A stretch of 63,825 nt of DNA, counting the filler, from Octopus bimaculoides (lineage: Eukaryota), in NCBI RefSeq assembly GCF_001194135.2. It is 3 parts of 3 records of this genome, joined end to end, with 100 filler letters (N's around TTAATTAATTAA, not from the genome) between each part and the next. Parts side by side here need not be neighbours in the genome. Positions count along the whole stretch, not along the records: positions 1 to 30,105 come from NC_069001.1; 2 more parts are not named here. The stretch is one strand, 5' to 3'. The position numbers were made by a program, and so were the translations under genes. Within the stretch, counting starts at the first letter, position 1. Each line of letters begins with the position of its first letter. The notes under the pieces were generated by a model, which did no database searches, had not been told where the DNA came from, and saw only the letters and a list, made by a program, of their open reading frames with translations. This document shows, one piece after another, positions 1 to 14,269 of the stretch.

Positions 1-393
1 GGTTTTACCGGGGTCTTGACTTGTACATTGAAATAATCCTCTGGACGTCAACAAACATGCCTAAATATGATTAGATCACAATGTCATATATATTTTCCTC
101 TATTGGACCTCAGTAGCAATATATTTAAAACATATTCGATTTCCCTCTTGTAGAATTGTAACCAGTTTATTGCACAGAAAGTTTTTTTTTTTAAATCCCA
201 TATGGACCCCCCAAGAGCCATATGAACCCTAGATCAATACCGTTGATTTAATTGATCACAGTTAAAATATCATATTTTTGGACACTTTGTTGAAGACATG
301 CGAGATGTCGAAATATTGTTCACTAGATAACAAATGACACTCTTTTAATTTTGAGTCTATACCTTCAGGAGAAGTTACCTCAATCCTTTCTAT

Positions 394-444
<51 letters not shown>

Positions 445-489
445 GATGATGATAACGATGATAATACAGTCCTATATGAAGAGATGAGG

Positions 490-1003
490 AATTATGTACA
501 TTATTTATATTATTTACATTTGACGGATATTTGTCCTCATCTTGTTTGTTGTTAACACAACGTTTCGGCTGATATACCCACCAGGTATCTTGGGGAAATT
601 TCGAACCTGGGTTCTCATTCCTAAAGTATATTCGATGTTGTTAGTATTATTATTATCATTATTATTATTATCATTATGCAGGTCACTGCCTGGAATCGAC
701 CTCGGAATCTTGTAGTTAGTAGCCTGCGCTATTAACCACTACGCCACTGCATATGGCGTAGTGGTTAAGATCTAGGGCTTCTAACCCAAGATCTCGAGTT
801 CGTTTCCAGGCAGTGAACTGAATAATAATAATAACAACAACAACATCGAAAAATGTATTAGGAATTAGAAATCAGGTTCGAAATTTCCAGAAGACATCTG
901 ATGAAGTCTGGAGGGTATATCAGCCGAAACGTTTTGTTAACAACAAAAAAGAGGATGACAAATATCTGTCAAATGTAAATAATATAAATAATGTAAATAA
1001 TTA
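490..1003. mobile_element. Head-to-head inverted dimer of a tRNA-derived SINE (left copy minus, ~490-746; right copy plus, 754-1003)
   Basis: Perfect 14-bp inversion TAACCACTACGCCA (733-746) / TGGCGTAGTGGTTA (754-767). A-box TGGCGTAGTGG, B-box-like GTTCGTTTCC/GGTCGATTCC, tRNA-Arg-like head, (AAT)n linker. The 3' tails are reverse complements of each other. Confidence 0.85.
893..938 (+). ncRNA. Minimal type-I hammerhead ribozyme motif in the SINE tail (slightly degenerate)
   Basis: GACAU-CUGAUGA-A-GUCUGG-agggtata-UCAGCC-GAAA-CG-UU-UUGUU; palindromic AACGUU in place of stem III. Confidence 0.6.
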
Positions 1004-2739
1004 TGATGATGGTGATAATTATCATTCTCATTAGTATTATTGTTGTTGTTAGTAGTAGTAGTAGTAGCGGTGGTGGTAGTATTTATTTTATCGTGTGTGT
1101 GTGTACATGATCCAAATAATAGCTGTGTTTTTCTTGGCATTATTTTGGCAGACGCTGACTTCTTATGAGGTATATTGTCAATAATTATTTTACGCCAAAA
1201 TATAAAAATAACACGGGGAGACATCATTGAATGCATACATTGCATTCATTTATTCAACCTAAAGTGGGTTATTAATTTTCGGAGGAAACTTTCTTTTACT
1301 CACACCCCTGGAAAACAATAGGCCGTGTATATTTCACACTCAAATACAATAACAGGCTTTCTGAAAAACGAAAATCTATAAAAGACTTGGCGACGAGAAG
1401 AAGAAAGAGAAACGGAAAAAAACATGGAGAAGGTTTACTAAAAGTAGTCTGAAAACAGTCGATTCTGAGGCAGACATATTTCGATTTATTGAATACCTTT
1501 TCTTTTCTCACCTAATATTATATATATATATTTTGTATAGGTAAGCTATTTTACGAAACATTTCAGTCACTAACAACAGTCAATTCTGCTGTGTAAGTTA
1601 AATGAAATAGGTCGTCTTCAGTATATATTGATGTAGAATTATGAAATGCTCTCCTTTGTATTCTTTGTGGCGACGCATATGAAGTATTAAGATGAAAAAG
1701 TAGATAAAGATTCGGGGACGAAAATTTTGTTTTTGTAATAAGATGATAGTGAAATCATTTGCCAAATATTTCATAAAGTAATATATGGTTAAAATTATAT
1801 TACCACGATGTTCCACGTATGTTAGTATTTAGACAGTTCATGTTTTGGTGATTCATACTTTTGAAGTGTCTAGGTATCGCTTTTAAAAGTGAATCTAGAA
1901 AGTTTTATACTAGATGTGGTAGACTGACAGAAGTTGTTTCAATTTCTACCAAGATATTACTGTCCAGAAAAGTCTCACTGTTTACGAAGAAAATCCATGC
2001 ATGACTTCACATTTAGAATATTTGAGATGGACCCTCACACACAGAATATCATGCTGACGCTATTGTTGTATAATACTTTGAGCTGATTGGTTTGTAATCC
2101 TGACCTGAATGTATGAATAATATATTTGATATTCGCACTGCATAAAAAGTTCATTCAACTACATGTGGCAATTGGTATAGTACACGTAGATTTAACTGAT
2201 TAGATGTAAATACAATCTGTAGAATATCAACACGGACGGAATAATCTGGTTAACAAACGCTATATAAGCGCAGAACACATTAAAATTAAAATATCCAAAT
2301 GATATATCGAAGACAATGAAATACACTCAAGCGCTCAAGCCTAAATTGCAGAATAATTCTACTAGAATATTCCTATCAACGATCATTTCAAATGTGAAGC
2401 AAATTCAACAAGTGCAATGCTTAGAAAGGAAAAAAAAAAAAAGGTTTGCAGTATAGAAAATGTTAGTCTCTCAGTAAATATTCTATTACAATGCACGAAT
2501 ACAAACACAATTGCATTGTATTAACCATGCACAAACAAATGCATATGTGTAAATATATACGAATCGATACAAACTTACGGCAGCAAACTTTATGAATTGT
2601 CCTCAGTGTGTATTATCTCTCAGATGCACATCAGTTCTGTCGTTAGAGTGGAACCTGAGAAATGAAAAGAAAAACGATTAAAATGCATATTAATACGTAG
2701 AATTACATACGTAGATAGATAGACAGATAGATAGATATA

Positions 2740-2817
<78 letters not shown>

Positions 2818-2920
2818 TTTAAATTAGGATAAAATCTTTATAAGAATTTATCAAGTAGCCAGCGCGAGAAACCCTGTAAGGGACAAATTAATAATTATCC
2901 TCTTTAAATATAGTTATTTT

Positions 2921-3125
2921 TATTAAGGTATTTACTACAGGTAAATGCCTCACGCTATGAGGGGACACCTAAAGTCAAAACTACCATAATAAATACAGTG
3001 TACCGAACGCGAAGGAATGCAACTCTTGAAGCGAACAGTTTTTAAGAGTTCGCTTCAAGAGTTGCATTTGACTTTAAGAGTCTCCCATAGCATGAGGGCG
3101 TTAACGTATTGCAATGCCCTTAATA
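2921..3125. repeat. Foldback/MITE-like element with a perfect 21-bp inner hairpin
   Basis: AATGCAACTCTTGAAGCGAAC (3016-3036) / GTTCGCTTCAAGAGTTGCATT (3048-3068); imperfect outer arms ~2947-2980 / 3067-3100. Confidence 0.75.
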
Positions 3126-3746
3126 TTAATAAAAAATATATATATTTACATATTTATGTATGTATTTATATTTATATATAAATGTTCCTCAAACAGTGCA
3201 ACTAGATTTGTAGGCTCCTAATAAAAGTGTTTCGTTTGTCCTGTTGCTTATATATCCATCCAATCTATCTATAGATAGATAGATAGATGGATGGATGGAT
3301 AGAGAGATAGACAGATGCATGCATAGATAGATAGATACGTATGAAAAACTACGTATTTCTATGCATTTTGATCGTGTTTATTTATCAGGTTTCCATGTAC
3401 TAAATTCGTTCGTATGGCTGTTTTCTGGCCGAGTTTTCACCAGAGGTCATTTGCTTGTGATAGCACACAAAGGGACTAAACCAGGAAGCACACTCCTTTA
3501 GCACATTAGTAATGCTGGCAATACATGGCTTTTAAAATCACATATTATGCATATTTTTACTAACTGATTTCTATTAGAGGCCTTCAACTTAGACTTCTAC
3601 AACACACCACGAAACATAAAAACGTATACGTGTATAGATAAAAAAANNNNNNNNNNNNNNNNNNNNNNNNNNNNNNNNNNNNNNNNNNNNNNNNNNNNNN
3701 NNNNNNNNNNNNNNNNNNNNNNNNNNNNNNNNNNNNNNNNNNNNNN

Positions 3747-3788
3747 AGCTGTTTCTGGGAAGATCCAATACTTCCCTTCATCGGAGAC
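3747..3788 (-). ncRNA. Penelope-type tail with hammerhead-like motif, truncated by N gap
   Basis: Reverse complement GUCU-CCGAUGA-A-GGGAAG-uauuggau-CUUCCC-A-GAAA-CAGCU[N]; same family as 36332-36379. Confidence 0.5.
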
Positions 3789-6348
3789 AGAAAAAAATAA
3801 AGTAATCAATTATTATATTCACAGACGGATATTTTTAGTATGAAGTGGTAAAGAGTGTGATGCGCTGAAAAAAAAGAGAACAGTACTTGAAGTGTAGTTT
3901 CATTCCAGTAGTAAAAACTCGTGTAAAGTAATCCATATGGGGATAATCCGGAAATAGATGTTGGAACGATGGCTGATATAGCATAGATAGCAGAGGTGAA
4001 TATATGCCGTGCTGCGATGGATTTTAGCTTGTTTACTTGAAGAATGGCCAAGTCAAGTGAAGGATGAGCGGTCTTCATGACTTGACCTAATTACCGCTCA
4101 GGTGGTGTTCTCTGTAATATCTCCATAAGTAAACTATCATAAGAAATCTACAGTATTCTTTTCGATAAATATTAGCTACTAAGATTTACGTTAACATTGG
4201 TAATGCTCCTTTATAGACATTTTAGTAATGTTCTTGTATTATTTTTTTGTTAACTTCTTTTCACAACTTTTAAAATATTTTGGGTCCCCTCCCCTTTGTA
4301 TAGAAACAACCCGGAAATAGTTCTTCCCTAGACCATTGCTAGGTCACTTTTTTGCCAACTGACTTCGAAACCCTATGATGGAAGATTGTACGACTAATAT
4401 ATTAGGCCGCTAGACGTCTTCTCAAGGCCATGTTTTCTTTCCTATTCCCTCTGTTTATAGAAATGAAGTCTGATTTGTCATCTTCTAAAACACTAGTCAC
4501 TTTTTCAGCCGTTTTATTTTCATAGGGATAATATTTTTTTTCTCTCTTTATCACCAAAGATATTTTTCACATCGACCTACAACATCTCGCTGAATATATT
4601 CCAAAATTAATTTACACCAAACATTAAATACAGAGTGTGGTGAACAAACTGTCACCAAAATTTCTCAAAAATGAAAATTAAACTGACATCTCATTTTAGC
4701 AGGAATATTTACCAAAATAACATTTAAATAACTTGAAATGCTAAAGAGTAAATTTATCCAGTATATCGTCATTGGCTTCAACTACAACCTCCAGCTAACT
4801 TCGGAATCTCCTGGAACTCTCATGTCAGTCTACTTGATTAAGTTTGTTGATACTGCCATAAGGCTGGCCTTCATTTCTTTGTTGGTGTTACAAGGAGTTT
4901 TATATATATATATATATATATGCATGTGAGTATATGTATATATGTGTGTGTTTGTTTGTATGCATGCATGTATGTATGATGCATGGGCCCCTATGGCTTC
5001 AGGATTAGAAAATCTAGTAAAATTACATGTGATAAACGATACTACTTGTAATTTCTTATTTAGATATACAGTGACAAAATTATGACCGGACATTTGGTAG
5101 CAACTATATCAATAAGATGGAAGATATCGGGCATTTTCCTCACACGTTCATACATGTGCTCGAGCTGATTAATGTTTCGAGAAGCGAGATCCACACATAT
5201 ATATATGTATTATGTCACCTATTATTATGTGGAATATTTTAACGATTGAATGTATTCTCTTCATATATTTCTCCTGATCTGATAATGTAGAGCAAGTCCA
5301 TTCGCCATCTTACAATTATGGATTTCCTGTATCATGTAAGACACTATAGCCTAAGAATTAATTATTGCAAACGCTGTAGAAATATTTTACATTGATATAT
5401 AGTATTGTACATTTGAATACTATTGATGCTTCAATGATAACATGATCACAAATTTAAGCTATCCAGATGTGTGATATGATTGGTAGTTATTACTCTCTGA
5501 TCATCCAGATCAACTTGATTATGGCATTTTATTTTCACGTCTCATATATATTACATTCGTCTATATCTGCACCAAATGAAATAATGTGACTAAGTATTGC
5601 ATATAATTCCTCTTGTATCAATCAACGTGTACCAAATTATATTGCAAAGTGAGTAAAGTTGACAGTAAAGTGAAATTATTATAATGATTATTTTATGCTC
5701 TACAAGAAACAGAAGTGGTGTGAGTCCACTTTCTACTGCGCATGTATATATNNNNNNNNNNNNNNNNNNNNNNNNNNNNNNNNNNNNNNNNNNNNNNNNN
5801 NNNNNNNNNNNNNNNNNNNNNNNNNNNTATATATATGTGAGGCAACGTTACCACTCCTTTAAGTAATAAGAGGTTTTATACTAGAGATATAAAGGAAAAT
5901 ATTCTTAACAGTAGCGTTGGAAGGAGACAAACCTATAAATAATGGTGTGTTAAGTGATGGCAGTCTTTCATGTCTGACATATTCGATTCTGCTGAACAGT
6001 CTGCACAGATCTGTTTATATCGATGATTTGTTTGTCCTGCGTATTAGCTCACTCCTTCTAGCAATTCAGCTTTCCTTGCACCGTTCAAAGAATTGACACA
6101 CGCCAGGTACGGATGTCATAGTAGAACAGAACAAAGTCAGATGAAATGATCTCCTCCATAAGACATCGTACTGCACGGTCGGGGAATCGAACTCACGATC
6201 TGTAAACCAGACTACGGGAACTCACAATAGCGGTAAAAATATTTATATTAAAAAAATACTTTCACGGAAAACATCAAATGCTTTACCCGGTATTATTAAC
6301 TTTCTATAAGGTGTGCGTAAACTAGAAAGTAATATCAACTTTGTATAA

Positions 6349-6800
6349 GGTGGTGAGCAGGCAGAACCGTTTGCACGTCGGGTAACACAATTAGTGGCAT
6401 TTCATCCGTCTTCACCGTCTGAGTCCGAATCCCGCTGAGGTAGAATTTGCCTTTCGTCCATTCGGGTTCGATAACATATGTAACAGTTGAATAATGGGGT
6501 CAATTTAATAGAGTTATCCGCTCCTCCAAAACTTGCTGGTATTGTGTCAATGTTTGAAATTAATACTAGCCTTTTTATAACGAGGTGAGCTGGCAGAATC
6601 ATTATCTCCGTCGGGAAAAATATTGTATGGTATTTTTTTTTCGATTCTACGTTGATTGCCAATGCCACCGGGGTATACTTTACATTTCATCATTTTGGGG
6701 GCGATAGAACTACCACCAGTTGAACACTAGCGACAACGTAATCGACTTATTCTTCTCCACGAAATTACTGGCTTAGTGACAAAATTTTAAGTCAATATTA
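6349..6800 (+). mobile_element. Two tandem degenerate tRNA-derived SINEs (Nin/Deu-domain-like family)
   Basis: GGTGAGCTGGCAGAA head twice, GCCTTTCGTCCATTCGGGTTCGATAA core, CTTGCTGG...TTTGAAA tail. Confidence 0.65.
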
Positions 6801-7775
6801 ACCTTCTAGGAATATGAACACAAAGATTGCTCAAAATAAGTAGCAATGAATATTTTCTAGGACAAGGGAATCAGTTAATTAATTATATGGAAATGAAAGT
6901 ACGAGATTCCGTAATGTTTGTAATTGCAATGTAAATGAGATAAAAATAACGTGTCTAAGACAACTATAATATACGGTATTAACATAAATTGAGAAAACAC
7001 AAATATTATACGTTTAATAAAATAATATACCTTTGAGGAAAAGTAATATATATCAGAAACTATTTCATCATTTATCTCAAAGGATTGAAATATAGCTTAC
7101 TGGGGATGTGAACCATTTAAATACACGTTAATTGTGAAAACATATAGCATTAGTGTTGCTTTAAGTGTTCAATTATACTGTCAAGAAATGAATTCTGAGA
7201 GACGACATATGTTCTAATACGGATGGAAATATCGTTGGAAAGAAACGCTTAATTTAATTTTGGTGCAAGGAAAAGTAGAATTAAAAGTGGAATATAAATA
7301 TATTAGAGGCAAAATGAAAAGTATTATTAAGTTAAGAGAATATATAGTGAGAAAATTATACATAATGAAGATAACGAACGGAAATTGAAGTAAAATTATA
7401 TTTGTATATGATATATATGCACACAAGACCACATATACAAACGAATATATATCTGTGTGCGTGGGTTTATTTATAAATGTGTATATATATATATATATNN
7501 NNNNNNNNNNNNNNNNNNNNNNNNNNNNNNNNNNNNNNNNNNNNNNNNNNNNNNNNNNNNNNNNNNNNNNNNNNNNNNNNNNNNNNNNNNNNNNNNNNNN
7601 NNNNNNNNNNNNNNNNNNNNNNNNNNNNNNNNNNNNNNNNNNNNNNNNNNNNNNNNNNNNNNNNNNNNNNNNNNNNNNNNNNNNNNNNNNNNNNNNNNNN
7701 NNNNNNNNNNNNNNNNNNNNNNNNNNNNNNNNNNNNNNNNNNNNNNNNNNNNNNNNNNNNNNNNNNNNNNNNNNN

Positions 7776-7809
<34 letters not shown>

Positions 7810-7812
7810 CAT

Positions 7813-8210
7813 ACTTTTTATTCGTTTACTTGTTTCAGTCATTTGATTGCGGCTATGCTGCAACTCCGCCTTTAGTCCAACAAATCGACCCCAGGACTTA
7901 TTTTTTTTTTAAGTCTAGTACTTATTCTATTGTTACGGGGACATACATATACGAACATCGATCGTCAAGTGATGGTGGTGTCATAAACACTGAAACACAA
8001 ACATATAAATACACACAAACATATAAATACACACACACACATATATGACCTGCTTCTTTCAGTTTCCGTGTACGAAATCCAGTCAAAAGTTTTCGGTCAG
8101 CCCTAGGCTATATTACAAGACATCTGCCCAAGTTGCCACGCATTGGGACTGAAGCCGGAACCATATGGCTGGGAATCAAGCTTCTAACCACACAGCCACT
8201 CCTGGGCCTA
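7813..8210 (-). mobile_element. tRNA-derived SINE (octopus OR2/CORE-like family)
   Basis: Reverse complement of head AGGAGTGGCTGTGTGGTTAGAAGCTTG..., GGGCAGATGTCTT core, tail ...TGACTGAAACAAGTAAA. Many other copies in the window. Confidence 0.75.
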
Positions 8211-9859
8211 TGTGTACACATTGAAAATATGGTTCTCGTAACAAAAGAGAGAATAGAAAATAGTTATACACGGCGTATATAGAATGACGATCTTTCATAT
8301 TTTGCGACATTTACGTGATGGTGTGGGCTTTTCTTTATATTGCCTTCTCGACTGATTAGTAGATTGATTTAAAGATCTACTATAAAACCTGTCTGAAACA
8401 ATGTTAACTGTATCAAAAGTAGAGAAACAAACTAAAGGTTTAAATATTCAATTTGTTATTAAATTTTTTGTTTATATCGTCGAGAAATCGAACTGAAATG
8501 GATTAAGCATTTTTCATAATATGAAAGGGAGAATAACTTGAAATAGATTCAATGATTGTGAATGTGGTTATACATTTACTTGGTCACTCGCATACAAATG
8601 CGTGCAGTGATACAGACCTATACTACAATGTGGGAAGGCAATCGGCGTGTAAAATTTAGGAGAGTTTAATCCTCTGTGAATGATGTTCCGAATCTTTTCT
8701 GGGTGCCTATTGAGCAATGTGTTTAATTTTGCAAAGTGCATATAGTAACGCTCCATGACACAACGTTTACAGGTCTTCTCATTTTTCACCTACGCTTCAG
8801 TACATGGAAGTATTTACGTTTATATGTTAGAAATTTATATATTTTATTACGAAATATATTAAGGAAAAGTTGCTTATTTGCTACTCTTTTGTTACTTAAA
8901 ATAATGTCTATCCAAAATACAATAATTCTTTAAATAGGTTCCAAGTCATACTAACATAAAAATAGAACCGTCATGAGTAGTAATTAATCATTTGGGGTAA
9001 ATAAAAGGTCACTTTACAATTAGATCCTTGAAAGCAACCTATTTGATTCTGAAAAGTAAATTGCATATATAGATCAATTTTTATTATATATTCATAATTG
9101 CCAATCGCTGAATTAGCATTGAGGTTGATTAAATCAATTGCTCTGACAATTTCCCAAGTTTGAAGCGGATTTTTCTGAAATTATTAAGTGGGATTTGAAC
9201 TCATATATTAGCGTCCTATAGCGGATAATAGGATGCATCGATTTAGACTTTCTGACATTCAGCAGGAAAAAAATATTAAAAAAATGAACACATGTATTTA
9301 TCGACCTCATGTATTTATCGACTCCAAAATACAAATAAGTTGTATTTTAATTAGAGAAAAAGGAACCGGACAAAATAATGCAAGTTATTATGTCCCATAT
9401 TGTGAATCATATCGTCAGTTCAATATTCTTAAGATTACTTGAATTGGCATTCTACATTTATTCACGGTCGATTTCTCTTGTAAGAAAGAGGACATCATCA
9501 ACTTAGAATGTTTATTAATCTTCTTGATGTATACAGCTTATAATCAATGGAAAACATGTAGTAAAAATATCAATCGTATTGAAAATATTATATTCTCAGT
9601 AATCTAACCAACGATTAAGAAATATAACTGATATCATATAGATTATTACTGTTGTATGTACATCATACTCTATGTATAAAATAATCTTTTATAAACACCA
9701 AATCTAATTCCAGTTTGCTGATTAATCGAGAGCAGCTGCTATTTTCCTTCTGTACGGTTACAGACTCCGAAAATTGAAGTTCATAAAATTTCTTTCATTT
9801 TTGAAATGTACATCAAGGCCAAGTTATATACAACAATATAAATATTGGTTTCGCATTTC

Positions 9860-10070
9860 GGTACATGGCCAGCAATTTCGGGGGATGAGATAAGTCGTTT
9901 ACATCAACCCCAGTGCTCAACTGGTATATATTTATATATTTTAATGATCCTAAAAGGATAAATGACAAAGTCAAACTCGGCGGAATTTGAATTCAGAATG
10001 TAAAGATGAATGAAATTCCGCTCAGGACTTTCCACGTCGTGCAGACGATTCTAGCCGATACCCTGCTTTA
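9860..10070 (-). mobile_element. Nin/Deu-like SINE
   Basis: CCAGTGCTCAACTGGTA...AAAGTCAAACTCGGCGGAATTTGAA matches other copies. Confidence 0.65.
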
Positions 10071-10701
10071 ACGATTACATAAATATCGAGGACTGAAGCA
10101 CAGCGAAAATCTACAAGGTATCATAGGTCTAGATAATTATATTTAGATAACGAGTTGACAACATATGAGACATACTTTTATAGTATAACTCTTCTATCTA
10201 TCGCATAAATAAATTATCATAGTAATTTACACAATCACAAAAGCAATAAAGTGATATCAACGACACATTGGTGTCAAAGAGTTCCATACAAACTTTAATG
10301 TTACTTGAATTCATGTGGGAAATACCAGGAAAAATAAAAGGATTAAAGTTGACTGTTAACATAAGCGATATGAGTCGTATACGTACTTATATGATTTTAA
10401 CGATAAGCTGTATTCGATTCATATATTTCTACCGGTCACAAAGTAATGCTGTTTCTATTTGCATTAATTCCTGAGTCATCCTCGTATATTCTAATATATA
10501 CTAATTCATGATTTCGTGACACTTCAGATGGGTGCGATAAGGTTACGATGAAATAAATATACGCAAGAAAGATATTACACGCACCAAATATATTGCACGC
10601 AGGAACATAAACATATACAGATATATACACACATTCATATGTATGCATATATAGATAGATATGTAAATATAAGTAAGTATACGTGCGATTGTGTGCATAT
10701 G

Positions 10702-10747
<46 letters not shown>

Positions 10748-10940
10748 CTTGTGTGTGTTTACGTATGAGAGTGGAGTGTAATTGCTAGAGAGAAATAGAG
10801 AGAGAGACGCAGCAATATATGTATATATACATTGATAAGGAAATTGATACGATTGAAGCTGTATTATCATTAGTAAGGTAAAATATGTCGATATATTAAG
10901 AGACATATTAATATCACGATATATTAAAAAGATCCGATAC

Positions 10941-10996
<56 letters not shown>

Positions 10997-13900
10997 TGCC
11001 TGGAAAATTATTACGCAGCTCTGTTTTTTCGTTCGAATCCAGGTGTTCTTTCACTGAACGATGGCAACATCTGCCTGCGCATATTGTAGTAAAATAAATT
11101 GGACGCCGCAAATGTAAACAATCGGCGACCATTTTCGCGAAACAGCAACAATTTACCGTCCAAAATTATTAGGTAAGTGCCCCCAAAAAGCTGTTATTAT
11201 GGTATCAAATGCGAAGACCACCATCGTTTTAGAACTTGGAAAACATAACCGATACTGGAAATATCAAAGATCCTGGGAAGAGATCATTTAACTGTGAACA
11301 AATGTGTGCAGCTCTCTGCTGTCCGTTCAAGAGCTGACAACGGTAAACGAGGGTTGTCTCCAGCTGTATTCTGTCTCCAATCACGAGGGAAGTTGCGAAG
11401 ATCGTGTGGCTGACTAGTCGAGTAGTGTTTAAACGTCGTGGTAGGGTTATTATTATATTTTGTATGATAAAACTGAGGACTAGGTAGGATAAACAGGATA
11501 TATTTAAGCACTAAAAAATTTAAGCACTTAAAAAAGATTACTTTTATATGAAATAGAAGCTTCATAATACTTCAACTTAGGAAAACTTTAAGGCGGTCAT
11601 GATAAAACCATTCAAACACTGGACCCAAATTACATTCAAAAGTTATCCGGGAAAGAGGTACATATTCCCTGTCAATTGAGAACCACTTGGACATGATGAT
11701 TATTTTAAGCCATCAAAAATAAAAGCTGTGGAATGATAATTTGTGGAGAATTAGGAATAATGCCAGTCTCAAGCCTGTTGCATATGTGAGCGACAAACAT
11801 TGTAAAGAATTGTTTTAGAATATCATCGAGTCATGACGTTTGAATTTTCATAATTTATGACCTGGCAGCATATGACCTAAGTCAAGGAGAGTATAATGTA
11901 AATTCGAGAGGAAGGACTGAACTTTTCCTTTCAAAATAGTATAAAGCTATGAGAGTAACATTGCAAGTTATAAACGTACGCGCGTATACAACCACACACA
12001 GCTAAACACGCACAAACGCCCAAACACACATGCATCCGTGCACACAAGTGGCTCTCTATATCTCTCACTCTCGTTCTTTAATTTGCAGGAATTCCATTAG
12101 TCCAATTGCCCTGAAACGTCCACTATGGTACATTTCAAAAATTAGTTGTTGTAAACGGTGTATCTTAACTAGATTCTTCATCGCTCAATCCATAATTGCC
12201 AGAGCACATTTTATGTCACTAGCATCAGTAAATCCAAGAAAGTATCCACAATTTACTCTATTTTTAAGTATATATTGTACATCAAGTGAACGATAGCATA
12301 AAACAAACAATTACCATGAGAAGTTTCCTCTATTAGAATTATCGACACACCTTCACTATTCGATTTCCTGTTCCGAAACTACAGTGTTAATTGAATGAAT
12401 CCTATCATTCTCCATAGTTAACAACCCTTTATAAATAATTACATTGTTTCAATGGCTTTGTAATTTTCTGTCTAATTTAGCGACTCAAAATACTAATGCA
12501 ATAAACTTTACCACTGTTTTCAGGCAACTCACTTTCACTCTGAACTCCAACAGCTAAACCTGCCATCATTAAAAGCGTCTTATTTGAAATAGTACTTAGC
12601 AGTAATATCTGACGATTATATCTGTTAATAACATGTAATTTCTTCGTGTCAAGAGTAAAATTTCTTGTAAATGTTTCCTCAAACTGTTTAAGATTATCGT
12701 ATGCTTCAAAAGTAAAGAGAACAAAAATTAAAAGCCAACACTTAGAACAGAATAATTACAGTTGCTGCATGCAACTTATACGGATCGTCAAACATTTTTA
12801 TACACACAACTCAATAAAAGACCATTTGTCTTCAAAAGGATGCAAACGTATATTATTAGAATATTATTTTCATATCAAAATACAATATATTATAAATCTT
12901 GCTGTAAACGTCGAACATAGAAAATCTTTACAGTGTCGGAAAATATTCCAGCTTTTTTGGTTTTACATTCTGATATCAACTCCCATCAAATGCAGCTTTC
13001 TTTTATCCAGTCGGGGTCAATAACACAAAATGCTAATTAGGAACTCGTGTTGAGGATATACGATAAGTGGCTTTTTAAATTCGTTGGTCGTTTGCCTGAA
13101 TTAGAAATCATTATGTGATATCTTGCTGCATTTTTACTAATATTCCAAGTCAAGTATAATGAATATATATTGTTTAGTCGCTTTTTGAAGTCAAAGTTGT
13201 TACTGAACTTTCTACTGAACTTCGTTCTCATTAAAAGAAACTAGAGTAAAATCGTTTCAGAAACTAAAGTCGTTATCTGACTAGAATATTAACTACTATA
13301 GATGGGCAATAATATTGTAAAGCGATATAGGCAATAGCATGTCAGTCATGAGACAAATTCATAAATCACCCACGATTGTAGCAAATAATATACGACAAAC
13401 ATAAAGAAAATTAAAATAAAATCAATACGTAAATAAATTAATTATTGATTAACAACTAAAATGAGTCAGATACATGTACATTATTATTCAATTTCGCCTG
13501 AGCTAGTAGGAATTTCGATTGTTCGTAGTTTACGCGCTCGATTATAATCTGTCGGTTAATGGGTAATCTAGAAAGAAGTTGAAAGTTTTTCAAGCCTTAA
13601 AATTTAAGTTTGATGTAGTAGTTGTTTTATGGTGGTCGGAGTAGGAAAAATAGTGATAATGCATCTGTTAAATTTCCGACTATGTGATGGGATGGAAACG
13701 AATACATGCTGGGCTTGTTCGTTAAAAATGTTCTTGGAGAGTAGTTACGGTTCCACATACATTATTGTTTGCCTTATACGAAAATTGCATTTGTCTACAT
13801 GAATTCTATCTCGTGTAATACACACACACGTACAAACACATGCACACATATATGTTAGATACATATATACACTCACACAGAGAGACATATATACTTACAT

Positions 13901-14269
13901 ATATACGTATGCGCACACATACAACCATATACACACATATACATACACGTGACAGGCGCATACCTATAGGTTTACGTTGAAAACACAAAAGTGATAATCG
14001 AACGTATACTTGCGATGAATCAGAATTCTACCAACATAACGTATCGAACAGAATTTTTAATTGGAATAAACATTTTGAAAACATTGTTATATACATTTCC
14101 AGAAAGCTATTGGATTTTGATTTATTAAACCAAATATGGAGAAAAGATCTTGAATATATAGTAAATACGTCACCAATTTTCCATTCCAATTTATGCCGTT
14201 TTTATTCTTCCGTATTTGATGTACTCCGTTGCTTTTCATGATATCCTTCAGAGGTAAACTATATTCCTT

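Noticed and set aside
3806-4078. 90-aa minus ORF (MKTAHPSLDL...)
   Set aside because: No recognisable family and no splice support
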